Positions 10,598-22,680 of a stretch of DNA of 64,000 bases are shown in pieces; positions within the stretch are counted from its first letter, which is position 1, and the number at the start of each line of letters is the position of its first letter. The notes under the pieces are model-generated. The model was given only the letters and a program-made list of their open reading frames with translations. It was not told the DNA's origin and did no database searches. The translations under genes were made by a program, and so were the position numbers. This DNA is from Bacillota bacterium (GTDB lineage: Bacteria; Bacillota; SHA-98; UBA4971): NCBI GenBank assembly GCA_014360195.1, contig JACIXY010000002.1, positions 5,986-69,985 on the forward strand. Direction: 5' to 3'.

Positions 10598-12364
10598 ATG
10601 GCGCGACCTGAGAGGTTCCGTCTATCCAACAGGGAACTCGAAGTCATCCTGAACTCCACGCACGACGGCATGATCGCCGTCGACCGCGACGGGCTCATCA
10701 CAATCTTCAACGCCGCCGCAGCCCGTATCACAGGGCTCGACTCGGATGACATGATAGGCAAGCGGGCGCAGGATGTAATCCCCAACACCAGACTTCATGT
10801 CGTACTCGAAACCGGTCAGGCCGAACTCAACCAGCAACAGGTGCTGGGGGGAGTGAAGATCATCACAAACCGCGTGCCGGTCCGGGACGCCGACGGCAAC
10901 GTCATCGGCGCTGTCGCGGTCTTCAGGGACATCAGCGAAGTCATCTCGCTCGCGGAGGAGATCACCAACCTCCGCCAGATCCAGAGCCTCCTGGAAGCTA
11001 TCATCAACTCTACACAGGACGCCATCTCGGTCGTGGACGAGAACGGCATGGGGCTCCTCATCAACCCCGCCTACACCAGGCTGACCGGCCTCTCTGAGGA
11101 GGACGTCATCGGCAAGCCCGCCACCACTGACATCGCCGAGGGTGAGAGCATGCACTTGAAGGTGCTCCGCACGCGGCTTCCCGTGCGGGGCGCCCGCATG
11201 AAGGTGGGCCCCCGAAAGAAAGAGGTCATAGTCCATGCCGCGCCGATCATCGTTGATGATGAGCTCAAGGGCAGCGTCGCCGTGATCCATGATACTTCGG
11301 AGATCCGGCGGCTCACCGAGGAGCTTGACAGGGCGAAGAGGCTAATCAGGCGGCTCGAGGCCAAGTACACCTTCGATGACATAGTCGGGGTAAGTCCGAA
11401 AATGGCGCGCGCAATCGAACAGGCCAGGCGCGTGGCGGCAACGCCGGTGACCGTCCTCCTCAGAGGGGAGAGTGGGACCGGAAAGGAGCTTTTCGCCCAC
11501 GCCATCCACAACGCGAGCGACCGGGCACGCGGCCAGTTCATCAGGGTGAACTGCACCGCCATCGTGGACACGCTCCTTGAGTCGGAGCTTTTCGGCTATG
11601 AAGAGGGCGCGTTCACCGGTGCAAGGCGAGGTGGGAAGCGCGGGCTCTTCGAGGAGGCGAACGGCGGGACGATTTTCCTGGATGAGGTGGGGGCGACAAA
11701 CCTCGCGCTGCAGGCCAAGCTGCTACGCGTTCTTCAGGAGAAGGAGGTCGTGCGGGTTGGCGACACACGGCCGATACCCGTGGACGTGCGCGTGATAGCC
11801 GCCACCAACACCGACCTCGAGAAAGCCGTCCGCGAGGGGCGCATGCGAGAAGACCTCTACTACCGCCTCAATGTAGTGCCCATTTTCATCCCGCCGCTGC
11901 GGGAGCGCATCGAGGACATACCACTCCTGTGCCACAGCCTGATACGCCGATTCAACCAGGCTTACGGGCGGAACGTCAGTCGCATCTCCGAGGAAGCCCT
12001 CGACATCCTCACCGAGTACGACTGGCCCGGTAACGTCAGGGAATTGGAGAACGTTCTGAGCCGGGCCATCATCAACATGCACTACAGCGAGGTGGAGATC
12101 CTGCCAGGTCATTTGCCTGTCCTGGGCAGATTCCAGCAGGGGCTGCAGGCAACGCAGGTGAACGCTCAAACCGAAGTCCGGACCGGGGAGAAGCGATTGG
12201 CACAAGGCATCCCCAGGCTGCGCGAAGCCGTCGAGCGCGCCGAGAGGCGGGCCATCCTGCGTGCCCTCGAGGCGGCCGGGGGCAACAAGACCGCAGCAGC
12301 GAAGCTGCTTGGAATAGGCCTGCGCAGCCTCTACTACAAGATCAAGCGTTATGGGATCTCGTGA
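10598..12364 (+). CDS. sigma-54-dependent transcriptional activator, PAS-PAS-AAA+-Fis HTH architecture (BkdR-like)
   Basis: GESGTGKE Walker A, GAFTGA loop (EEGAFTGA), ESELFGYEEG, and a C-terminal AAKLLGIGLRSLYYKIKRYGI helix-turn-helix. Two N-terminal PAS-like segments. Start reset to ATG 10598. Confidence 0.85.
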   Translation: MARPERFRLSNRELEVILNSTHDGMIAVDRDGLITIFNAAAARITGLDSDDMIGKRAQDVIPNTRLHVVLETGQAELNQQQVLGGVKIITNRVPVRDADGNVIGAVAVFRDISEVISLAEEITNLRQIQSLLEAIINSTQDAISVVDENGMGLLINPAYTRLTGLSEEDVIGKPATTDIAEGESMHLKVLRTRLPVRGARMKVGPRKKEVIVHAAPIIVDDELKGSVAVIHDTSEIRRLTEELDRAKRLIRRLEAKYTFDDIVGVSPKMARAIEQARRVAATPVTVLLRGESGTGKELFAHAIHNASDRARGQFIRVNCTAIVDTLLESELFGYEEGAFTGARRGGKRGLFEEANGGTIFLDEVGATNLALQAKLLRVLQEKEVVRVGDTRPIPVDVRVIAATNTDLEKAVREGRMREDLYYRLNVVPIFIPPLRERIEDIPLLCHSLIRRFNQAYGRNVSRISEEALDILTEYDWPGNVRELENVLSRAIINMHYSEVEILPGHLPVLGRFQQGLQATQVNAQTEVRTGEKRLAQGIPRLREAVERAERRAILRALEAAGGNKTAAAKLLGIGLRSLYYKIKRYGIS

Positions 12365-12558
12365 GTCTCGGCTCGGGAGTTGCTGCGCTGTCGCCCGAAG
12401 AGCGGACAAGGCGGCGACAAACCCGGAAGGTGCCAGGGAAGTTGGCAAGACAAGCGAGCTTGGGGCAGATGTGTTGGCATCGCTGCGCGCCCCCTGCTCA
12501 AGACACGAGCGTTTGGGCAAGGCGGGCGCGCGAGTGCCAGATCTCGGCGCGTACGTCC

Positions 12559-14730
<2,172 letters not shown>

Positions 14731-14760
14731 TACAAATCGTTCCTCCTCAAGCTATCGCTG

Positions 14761-15030
14761 CTACTTCCTGAGGCCGAGCCTATCGATGATGGCGCGATAC
14801 CTTTCGATATCCTTCTCCTTGAGGTAGTTAAGGAGATTGCGCCTCTGACCGACCATCTTCAGCAGCCCTCGTCGCGAATGATGATCCTTCCTGTGCTCCT
14901 TGAGGTGCTCCGTCAGACTGTTGATCCTCTCGGTGAGGATCGCGATCTGCACCTCTGGAGAGCCTGTGTCATTCTCGTGAAGCCTGTACTTCTCGATAAT
15001 CGCTTGTTTCTCGCCGGCGGGTAGAGCCAC
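14761..15030 (-). CDS. rpsO: 30S ribosomal protein S15
   Basis: 89 aa, [36 protein letters not shown]…. Confidence 0.9.
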   Translation of the reverse strand: MALPAGEKQAIIEKYRLHENDTGSPEVQIAILTERINSLTEHLKEHRKDHHSRRGLLKMVGQRRNLLNYLKEKDIERYRAIIDRLGLRK

Positions 15031-15223
15031 GCCGTTCCACCTCCTCAGAACGCTATCCCCCCATCGCCAAGAAACCCGTCGGAGGAGCGAGGAATCCTAG
15101 CGCTGGGTTCATCTTGCTTTGCGGCAGTAACGGGATTGCCGTCACGCACCAATTCTATCATACAACCGATCCGTTGTAAACGACGCCGGGCCCCCCGGCG
15201 CCCCCCTTTGACAGCTTTGCGGG

Positions 15224-16222
15224 TTAGCTCGACGCCGCCGTGCCCGCGCGCCCGGCGGCCGCCTGCACACCACACTCAGTATGCCCTGCATGGCAGGAAG
15301 CGAGCACCTTTTGAGCGTTCCTGACGTCGTCGCCGATCTGGGATGCAAGGGCCGCCGCAGAACCGAACCTCATTTCGTCGCGCAGCCTCTCGATGAAGGA
15401 TACCCTCATGGTCTCCCCGTAGATGTCGCCTGTGAAATCCATGACAAACACCTCGATGCCAGGGACCCTGCCCTCGAACGTCGGCCGCACTCCCACGTTG
15501 GCCACGGCATGGAGTTGGAGGCCCCGGACCTGGGCAATCGCCGCGTAGACTCCCCTCGCCGGCACGGCCATTTCCCGGCTCACCCTGATGTTCGCCGTCG
15601 GATACCCGATGGTCCTCCCGCGTCCTTCCCCTGGGACCACCGTGCCTTTGATGGAGAAGGGTCTGCCGAGCATGGCGCACGCTCCCGCCACATCACCCCG
15701 CGCGAGACGTGCCCGGATCTCCGTGCTACCTACCGGCACTCCTCCGACGGCGACCGGCTCCGCAACCTCCACGTCGAAGCCGTACTTCTTGCCCAATTCC
15801 ACCAGAACAGCCGCGGTGCCATGGGCCCGCCATCCGAAGGTGTAATTGAAGCCGACGACGGCCTTCGCCGCCCGCAGGCCGTCGAGCAGTACTTCGCGCA
15901 CGAATTCCTCAGGCGTCGCACGGGCGAACGCCTCATCGAAGCGCGCCACGACCGCAACCTCGATCCCCGTCGCCTCAATGAGCGCAAGCTTGTCCTCGAT
16001 GTCTGTGAGCTGCGGAGGAGCGAACTGCGGCCGGATGACCTGGAGCGGGTGTCTGTCGAAAGTGAACGCCACGGCGCGTGCCCCGGCGCACTTTGCATAG
16101 GCCGCACATCTTCTGAGAATCTCCTGGTGCCCGAGGTGCACCCCGTCAAACGTCCCGAGAGCGACCACAGATCTGGGCATATCCACAGCGTCAACCTTTG
16201 CGAGATCGCTTATGACCTTCAC
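15224..16222 (-). CDS. ribF: bifunctional riboflavin kinase / FMN adenylyltransferase
   Basis: ALGTFDGVHLGHQ motif and a C-terminal riboflavin-kinase domain. The start is trimmed to GTG 16222, after AGGAGG. Confidence 0.8.
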   Translation of the reverse strand: MKVISDLAKVDAVDMPRSVVALGTFDGVHLGHQEILRRCAAYAKCAGARAVAFTFDRHPLQVIRPQFAPPQLTDIEDKLALIEATGIEVAVVARFDEAFARATPEEFVREVLLDGLRAAKAVVGFNYTFGWRAHGTAAVLVELGKKYGFDVEVAEPVAVGGVPVGSTEIRARLARGDVAGACAMLGRPFSIKGTVVPGEGRGRTIGYPTANIRVSREMAVPARGVYAAIAQVRGLQLHAVANVGVRPTFEGRVPGIEVFVMDFTGDIYGETMRVSFIERLRDEMRFGSAAALASQIGDDVRNAQKVLASCHAGHTECGVQAAAGRAGTAASS

Positions 16223-16257
16223 GAGAGACCTCCTAACCCCAGCGTCACGTGATGGCC

Positions 16258-17214
16258 TCAACCCACAAACATCCTGACGGGGCGAAGATGCACCCGCTTC
16301 CCGGATCTCTCAACGCGCGCAACACCGAGAAGCTCGCCGGTGTCCCGGTGTACCCTTACAAGCTCGGCGCAACACCCGTCCCCGGGAACCGTACCCGCCT
16401 CCGACAGGCTGCCGGGATCACACTCGTTAACAGGAAGCTCAGCCGGCGCCCCGCTGGATACCCTCCTTGCGTCCTCGCCGCTCACCACCACGGCCGGTAG
16501 ATGGGACAGCCCCGTGGCGATGGGCAGTACCAGTTCCTGCAGGCGGTTCCCCCTCGCAGACGTCTCGATTTCATCCAGAGTGTGCGCATCTGACAGCCGG
16601 AAGGGCCCCACACGGGTGCGCACGAGCGACCCAAGATGCGCGCCGCACCCCAGCGACTCGCCGATGTCCGCCGCAAGCTGCCGGATATACGTCCCTGAGG
16701 AGCAGACGACGTTCACCCCTATCCTGCTCCCCACAACAAATGGTTCATCGGGCCACGACTCGACGTTGATCTCATATATCGTCACACGCCTGGGCGCACG
16801 CTCGACCTCGATTCCCTCGCGCGCAAGCTCGTAGAGCCGGCGCCCTTCGTGGTGGACTGCGGAGACCATCGGGGGCACCTGAAGGATCTCTCCTGTATAC
16901 CTCGCGAGCACCTCGCAGAACAGGTCCCTCGACACCCTGACCTCGTCCGCCATGCGGACCACTGTGCCCGACGCGTCGTGCGTATCGGTGACTATGCCGA
17001 GAACTATCTCAGCCCTGTAGGCCTTCGGCAGCCCCAGCATGAACTGCATGGCAGCAGTGGCCCTGCCGAGGAGGACCACGAGAACGCCGGTGGCATCGGG
17101 ATCAAGCGTCCCTGCGTGCCCGACCCTCTTTTCCCCCGTGGTTCGCCTGATGCGCGCAACCACGTCATGGGATGTCATCCCGCCAGGTTTCGCCACCACC
17201 AGGATACCGTCCAT
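16258..17214 (-). CDS. truB: tRNA pseudouridine(55) synthase
   Basis: GHAGTLDPDATGVLVV motif with the catalytic Asp, plus a PUA-like C-terminus. Confidence 0.85.
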   Translation of the reverse strand: MDGILVVAKPGGMTSHDVVARIRRTTGEKRVGHAGTLDPDATGVLVVLLGRATAAMQFMLGLPKAYRAEIVLGIVTDTHDASGTVVRMADEVRVSRDLFCEVLARYTGEILQVPPMVSAVHHEGRRLYELAREGIEVERAPRRVTIYEINVESWPDEPFVVGSRIGVNVVCSSGTYIRQLAADIGESLGCGAHLGSLVRTRVGPFRLSDAHTLDEIETSARGNRLQELVLPIATGLSHLPAVVVSGEDARRVSSGAPAELPVNECDPGSLSEAGTVPGDGCCAELVRVHRDTGELLGVARVERSGKRVHLRPVRMFVG

Positions 17215-17225
17215 GGCCCACGGAC

Positions 17226-18200
17226 CTACCTCGCCGCCGCCATCATCTCGTATACCTTGCGAAGCACGGCCTGCCTCGCGTCCTCCAGTGAGGTGGCCTC
17301 CACGCTACAACCCGCGGCTCTCGAGTGGCCGCCGCCGTTGAATGCTTCGGCGAGCGCGCTTACATCGAAATCTCCCCTGGACCTCATGCCCACGCGGATC
17401 TTGCCTTCGGCGCTCTCTCTGAAGAGCAGGGCCACCTCGACGCCCTTCACCATGCGAGGGTAATTCACAAAACCCTCGGTCTGCCCTTCATCGACTCCGA
17501 ATTCCGACAGCCACTCGCGCCTCACCTCGACCCACGCAACCTTTCCGGCCTCATCAGTCTGCAAAGTATCGAGCACTCGGCCGAGGAGCTTCAGGCTACC
17601 CAGGGTCTTGGTTTCATAGACTTGCTCAGAGATCCTGAACGGCTCAGCACCCTTTTCCACCAGTCTGGCGGCGATACGGAGCGTGGTCGGGCTGGTGTTG
17701 GAGAACCGGAAGAACCCCGAGTCGGTCCCCACAGCCGTGAAGAGGCAGGTCGCCATGTCCCTGTCCACCGGCACTCGCATGGCTGTCAGGATCCTATAGA
17801 CCTGCTCACCCACGGCAGCCGCACCCGGGTCAACGTAATTGTATGTGCCGAACATCTTGTTGGTAACGTGATGGTCGACGTTGATCACAGGCACCCCCGA
17901 GGGGATCCTGCTGGCGATCCCCTCGATACGATCGAGGTCGCTCGAGTCGAGGATCACAGCCGCGTCGAACTCCCCAGAGATGCGGTCAGGCGTGACTATC
18001 CTGTTTGAGCCTGGCAGAAAGCTCAGGCTGTCAGGCAAGCCCCCGGGACAGGAAAGAACCACACGCCTTCCGGTCTTCTGGAGTCCGAAGCCGAGGCCGA
18101 GAGTGGAGCCGATAGCATCTCCATCGGGCAACACGTGAGTTGCTATGAGAAACGCACGGTACCGCAGGAGGATGCGCGCGATGTCCTCATGGCTCTCCAC
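17226..18200 (-). CDS. nrnA: DHH/DHHA1 phosphoesterase (NrnA-type oligoribonuclease / pAp phosphatase)
   Basis: HVLPDGDAIGS and DHH motifs. It sits in the conserved position between rbfA and truB. Confidence 0.75.
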   Translation of the reverse strand: MESHEDIARILLRYRAFLIATHVLPDGDAIGSTLGLGFGLQKTGRRVVLSCPGGLPDSLSFLPGSNRIVTPDRISGEFDAAVILDSSDLDRIEGIASRIPSGVPVINVDHHVTNKMFGTYNYVDPGAAAVGEQVYRILTAMRVPVDRDMATCLFTAVGTDSGFFRFSNTSPTTLRIAARLVEKGAEPFRISEQVYETKTLGSLKLLGRVLDTLQTDEAGKVAWVEVRREWLSEFGVDEGQTEGFVNYPRMVKGVEVALLFRESAEGKIRVGMRSRGDFDVSALAEAFNGGGHSRAAGCSVEATSLEDARQAVLRKVYEMMAAAR

Positions 18201-18577
18201 TACTCCCGGCCTCCCTTTTCGTTCCCTATCTCTTTCTCGCTCTGGATCTCCTTCAGGAGCTCGAATACCCGCGCTCCGCGCTTTATCGACGTATCGTAGC
18301 GGAAGATGATCTCCGGGGTATGACGCAGCCTGATGCGCCGGCCTATCTCGCTGCGAACGAACCCGGTGGCGCTCTCAAGAGCAGCCATGGTCTCATCCAC
18401 CTGGGCCTTATCGCCCATGACGCTTACGAAGACCTTCACGTGTCGCAGATCGTCTGACACCTCCACGTCGGTGACGGTGGCAAACCCCAGCCGTGGGTCT
18501 TTGATCTCACGAGCCAGGATGTCTGCCACCTCGGAACGGATCGCCTCCGCAACCCTCTCAACCCTGAGTCGAGCCAT
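18200..18577 (-). CDS. rbfA: ribosome-binding factor A
   Basis: 125 aa, MARLRVERVAEAIRSEVADIL…. Confidence 0.85.
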   Translation of the reverse strand: MARLRVERVAEAIRSEVADILAREIKDPRLGFATVTDVEVSDDLRHVKVFVSVMGDKAQVDETMAALESATGFVRSEIGRRIRLRHTPEIIFRYDTSIKRGARVFELLKEIQSEKEIGNEKGGRE

Positions 18578-18610
18578 CTCCCATCACCTTCCGACGCTAA
18601 ACGATGGTCT

Positions 18611-18892
18611 TCAAACAATGGTCCTCTCGCAACTGGTCACCTCGAGATCCGCCTCCATCTCGATATCGCGCAGCACGCGTGAAAGCACGCTCTCCACGAG
18701 CCTCATCTCGTTGGAGACACACGCGACCCCGAGCGTGGAGCGCTGCCACAGGTCACAATCGGCAACCTCGGCGATGGCCACGTTGTGCCTGGCCCTTACT
18801 CTGTCGCAGACTCTCTTGACGACACGCCGCTTGTCCTTGAGAGACGCGGCCCCGCCTATGAAGACCTCGATCTTCAGAATGCCGACTATCAT
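18611..18892 (-). CDS. ylxP: DUF503 (YlxP-like) protein
   Basis: 93 aa, in the conserved infB-ylxP-rbfA position. Confidence 0.7.
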   Translation of the reverse strand: MIVGILKIEVFIGGAASLKDKRRVVKRVCDRVRARHNVAIAEVADCDLWQRSTLGVACVSNEMRLVESVLSRVLRDIEMEADLEVTSCERTIV

Positions 18893-18916
18893 CGCCCCGT
18901 ACCTTCTGTAACTGAA

Positions 18917-19016
18917 GGTTCGCTAGTTCCTCCCGCTTTGCCAACATCTGGGGGTTGCCGGTGTTGCACTTTCTTTTTGAGTCACCGGAAACCCCTCCCG
19001 AAAGCCGGGAGCATTT
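18917..19016 (-). repeat. MITE-like repeat copy (left module plus hairpin core) inserted between infB and ylxP inside the operon
   Basis: The minus strand reads CAGAAATGCTCCCGGCTTTCGGGAGGGGTTTCCGGTGACTCAAAAAGAAAGTGCAACACCGGCAACCC, matching the copies at 42817 and 57883. Confidence 0.6.
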
Positions 19017-19038
19017 CTGAACTCTCACCTAGGCACCT

Positions 19039-22000
19039 CTATAGCTCGCGGCGGGTTTCCTCCACCTTGAAGGCCTCGATGACGTCGCCTTCCTTGATGT
19101 CCTGGAAGTTCGCGAGGCCAATCCCGCATTCGTACCCCGTCGCAATCTCGGAGACGTCATCCTTGAACCTCTTCAGCGACTCGATCCTGCCTTCGTGTAC
19201 GACCACGTTGTCGCGGAGGACACGCACCAGCGCGTCTCGCGTGATCTTGCCCTCGCTCACCTTGCACCCGGCCACAACCCCGACCTTCGGAACGTGGAAG
19301 GTGGCCATCACGTCGGCTCGCCCGATGGTTACCTCGCGCTTCTCCGGTTCAAGCAAGCCTTCCATGGCGGCCTTCACATCGGCCGTGGCGTCGTAGATGA
19401 TCCTGTAAAGGCGGACGTCCACGCGATCCCGCTCGGCCATCTTCTTCGCGTTGACGTCGGGCCGCACCTGGAACCCGATGATGATGGCCCCCGACGCGGA
19501 CGCCAGCATGACGTCGCTCTCGGTGATGGCACCCACGCCCGCATGGATCACGTTCACCTTGACCTCGTCGGTGGACAGGTTCTCCAGCGACTGCCTGAGC
19601 GCCTCCACGGACCCCTGGACGTCAGCCTTGATGATCAGATTGAGTTCCTTGACCTCACCCTCTTTGATCTTGCCAAAAAGGGCCTCCAGGCTGACCGCGC
19701 GTGCCCCCTGGATTTCCTCGGCCCGCTTTCTCTCAGAACGCCTTGCGGCGAGCTGCTTCGCCAGCTTGTCTTCGGGCACCACATGAAGCACGTCGCCGGC
19801 CTGCGGCACCTCAGAAAACCCGAGCACCTCCACGGGCATGGACGGCCCTGCGGCTTCAACAGGCCTGCCCTGGTCGTCGGTCATGGCGCGGACCTTGCCG
19901 AACACCTCGCCGGCAACGATGGCATCGCCCACCCGGAGCGTGCCCTTTTCAACCAGGACCGTGGCAACCGGTCCCCTCCCCCTGTCGAGCCTCGCCTCTA
20001 TTACGGTGCCCTTCGCCGGACGGTCGGGATTGGCTTTGAGCTCCCTCATATCGGCGACGAGCAGGATCATCTCCAGGAGGTCCTGGATGCCCTGCTTGCG
20101 GAGGGCGGATATCTCGACGGTGACGGTGTCCCCACCCCACTCCTCAGGCACGAGGCCTTGCTGGGCAAGCTCCTGCTTGACCCTGTCAGGCTGGGCGTTT
20201 GCCTTGTCTATCTTGTTTATCGCGACGACGATCGGTACCTTCGCAGCCCGGGCGTGGTTGATAGCCTCTATGGTCTGCGGCATCACCCCGTCGTCTGCGG
20301 CAACCACGAGAACCGCGATGTCTGTCACCTGGGCACCACGGGCCCGCATCGCCGTGAACGCTTCGTGGCCCGGCGTATCTATGAAGGTGATCTTCCTGCC
20401 ACCAAGCTCCACCTGGTAGGCGCCGATGTGCTGAGTAATGCCTCCGGCTTCCTGCGCGGTGACGTTGGTCTGGCGTATGGCGTCGAGAAGCGACGTCTTT
20501 CCGTGGTCGACGTGCCCGAGCACCGTCACCACGGGCGGCCTCGGCTTGAGAGCCTCCGGCGCGTCTGGAACGTCCTCGATTCCAAACTCCCGCGCCTCCT
20601 TCTGCTCGAGAGGCTCCACATCAAAGCCGTGCTCATCGGCAACCAGGCTCGCAGCATCGAAGTCGATCTCCTGGTTGATGGTGGCGAGAACCCCCATGGA
20701 CATCAGAGACTTGATGACCTCGGCAGAGCCAACGCCGAGCTTCTCCGCGAGTTCCCCTACGGTGATGCTGGCAGGCAGCGCGATCTTCGTTTGTCTCTTC
20801 GGATGCTCCCGCTTCCTGGTAGTAGCGGCGGCCGGCTGCGTTGCAGCTGCGCGCCTGGGCATCCTCGCCCTGATGATGGCTTCGGCCCGTGCTTCCCGCA
20901 ATTTCTCCGCGCCTTTGCCGCTCTTTATCAAATCCAGCCTGCGCTCCGGGCGGCGCTCCTTCTGCTCCCTCCGCTCTTCCTTGCGTTCCCTCCTGGCCTC
21001 AGCCTTCTGGGGACGCTCGGCAGAAGGCTTCTTCGCCTCTGGAACCGGAGCATGGACCGGTCGCGGTCGCGCGCCGGCTGCAGCGCCTGCCGCCGGATGA
21101 CCGGCGTCAGGGTGCCTCACAGCGGGCTGCCTCGCAGCAGGCTGCCTCGCAGCGTCAGGGGTGGCGGCTGGTACCTTCTCCGCCTCGTCGGCTCGCCGGA
21201 CGGCGCCCGCCTCGCTGGCCCGAGCTTCCTCAGGGTGTGCGACCCTTGCCACAGAAGGGGCGGTCGGGGCAGCCTCTTCATCTGGTCGCCGCGAGACCTC
21301 GGCCGGCGCTGCATCCACAGACGGCGCCTGCGCACCCGCGGCAGCCGGTCCTGCACGGACAGCCTTCGCAGCGGGAGCCCTCGGTGCGGCTTCCGGAGCT
21401 TTCTCCGGCACCTTCGCGGCAACCTCCGGTGTCTCGGGCGCTACCGGCCCTGCACCCGCAGCCTGCGGAGCAGGCTTCTCCGGCTGGCGCACAACGGGAA
21501 TGGCCTCAGATGGCGCAGAAGGCGCCCGCTCCGCTTCCGACGTAACCCGTTCCGGCGGAGCCGAAGGCACCGTTGGACGGATCTGCCTGGGCCTCTTGAG
21601 GACCTCAGGTTTACCTTCAGCAGGCCCTGCCGCCCCAGGGGTCCTGGCCGCGACGCCCGCTACCCCAGGGCCGGAACGAGCGGGCCGGGCCTGGGCCCTT
21701 GTTCGCAGAGGCGGCACGGTCGGAGCGATCTGCGTCGGCCAATGCCTCCTCCCCCCGGAACGTTGTCCAGCAGGAGAAGCGCCTGCCGGGGTCCACCTCC
21801 GCTCCTGACGCTCGCGGGACGGCGGATGAGCAGCCGCCGTCCTGCCGTCGGTAACAGGTCTCGGCCCTCGGCCGAGCCTCTGCCCGGAAGCAGCTGGAGC
21901 GCCAGGGCGCGACGCCCTGACATCGCCGGCAGCGGGACGAGGTTTTCCCGCGCCACGCCCCAGCATCGCCCCCCGCGAAGTGGTCGGCCTTGGCAGCGGA

Positions 22001-22287
22001 ACGGGCTTCGGCTTTGGCTTCGGCTTCTCACGGGGCGGCGGTGTCTCCTTCGCCGCAGGTTTCTCCTGTTCCACAGCGGGTTGGGCGCGCCCGACAGCAG
22101 GGCTCTCGGGCTCTTTGCGCCCTTCTCTCTCGGCAAACCTGTTCTTTATAAACCTGACTACGTTATCCTCCAGGGCGCTCATGTGGTTCTTGTCGCGCAC
22201 GCCGGACTCGGCCAGGAGATCAAGGATCTCCTTGCTGTTCTTGCCAAGCTCGCGTGCGAGCTCGTATACCCTGGTCTTCTTCCCCAT
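19039..22287 (-). CDS. infB: translation initiation factor IF-2 with a ~450-aa Pro/Ala/Glu-rich N-terminal linker
   Basis: G-domain motifs [14 protein letters not shown] and NKID. The start is reset to ATG 22287 ([14 protein letters not shown]), after AGGTGGTG. Confidence 0.9.
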   Translation of the reverse strand: MGKKTRVYELARELGKNSKEILDLLAESGVRDKNHMSALEDNVVRFIKNRFAEREGRKEPESPAVGRAQPAVEQEKPAAKETPPPREKPKPKPKPVPLPRPTTSRGAMLGRGAGKPRPAAGDVRASRPGAPAASGQRLGRGPRPVTDGRTAAAHPPSRERQERRWTPAGASPAGQRSGGRRHWPTQIAPTVPPLRTRAQARPARSGPGVAGVAARTPGAAGPAEGKPEVLKRPRQIRPTVPSAPPERVTSEAERAPSAPSEAIPVVRQPEKPAPQAAGAGPVAPETPEVAAKVPEKAPEAAPRAPAAKAVRAGPAAAGAQAPSVDAAPAEVSRRPDEEAAPTAPSVARVAHPEEARASEAGAVRRADEAEKVPAATPDAARQPAARQPAVRHPDAGHPAAGAAAGARPRPVHAPVPEAKKPSAERPQKAEARRERKEERREQKERRPERRLDLIKSGKGAEKLREARAEAIIRARMPRRAAATQPAAATTRKREHPKRQTKIALPASITVGELAEKLGVGSAEVIKSLMSMGVLATINQEIDFDAASLVADEHGFDVEPLEQKEAREFGIEDVPDAPEALKPRPPVVTVLGHVDHGKTSLLDAIRQTNVTAQEAGGITQHIGAYQVELGGRKITFIDTPGHEAFTAMRARGAQVTDIAVLVVAADDGVMPQTIEAINHARAAKVPIVVAINKIDKANAQPDRVKQELAQQGLVPEEWGGDTVTVEISALRKQGIQDLLEMILLVADMRELKANPDRPAKGTVIEARLDRGRGPVATVLVEKGTLRVGDAIVAGEVFGKVRAMTDDQGRPVEAAGPSMPVEVLGFSEVPQAGDVLHVVPEDKLAKQLAARRSERKRAEEIQGARAVSLEALFGKIKEGEVKELNLIIKADVQGSVEALRQSLENLSTDEVKVNVIHAGVGAITESDVMLASASGAIIIGFQVRPDVNAKKMAERDRVDVRLYRIIYDATADVKAAMEGLLEPEKREVTIGRADVMATFHVPKVGVVAGCKVSEGKITRDALVRVLRDNVVVHEGRIESLKRFKDDVSEIATGYECGIGLANFQDIKEGDVIEAFKVEETRREL

Positions 22288-22316
22288 ATACCCACCACCT
22301 TCAAAGCTTCGCGGTC

Positions 22317-22625
22317 TCAGGCCGGAGGCTCTGCACCCGCGCATGAGGAGATTTGACGCATGAGACCATCCACCACTTCTTCGGGCACGGCCGCCTCAAG
22401 GGCCGCGTCCAGTCTCTTTCCCTTCAATGCCAGTTCCAGGCACCTGGGGTCAGGGCAAATGTAAGCCCCCCGCCCTGAGCGCTTCCCGGTCGGGTCCACT
22501 TCAACGAGACCCTCCGGCGTGCGCACGATCCTGACAAGTTCCTTCTTGGGCCGGACCTGCCTGCACCCCACGCATGTGCGCTGTGGGACTTTCTTCACTT
22601 TCTGACGGGCCTTGCCTCTCGCCAT
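22317..22625 (-). CDS. ylxR: YlxR/DUF448 RNA-binding protein
   Basis: [20 protein letters not shown] motif, located between nusA and infB. Confidence 0.75.
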   Translation of the reverse strand: MARGKARQKVKKVPQRTCVGCRQVRPKKELVRIVRTPEGLVEVDPTGKRSGRGAYICPDPRCLELALKGKRLDAALEAAVPEEVVDGLMRQISSCAGAEPPA

Positions 22626-22680
22626 TCCTGAAAACCACCCGCTTTCACCTTCTCCAGGCGCAAGCCCCCGTTACCGGTCG

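Noticed and set aside
19195-22356. 1053-aa + strand ORF, and many other long ORFs antisense to or overlapping real genes (e.g. 743-1663, 2648-3514, 3423-4766, 4800-6476, 7272-9170, 31055-32620, 33097-34320, 50530-52233)
   Set aside because: These are typical high-GC antisense open frames. They lack recognisable motifs, overlap strongly supported genes on the other strand, and are low-complexity Arg/Pro/Gly-rich.
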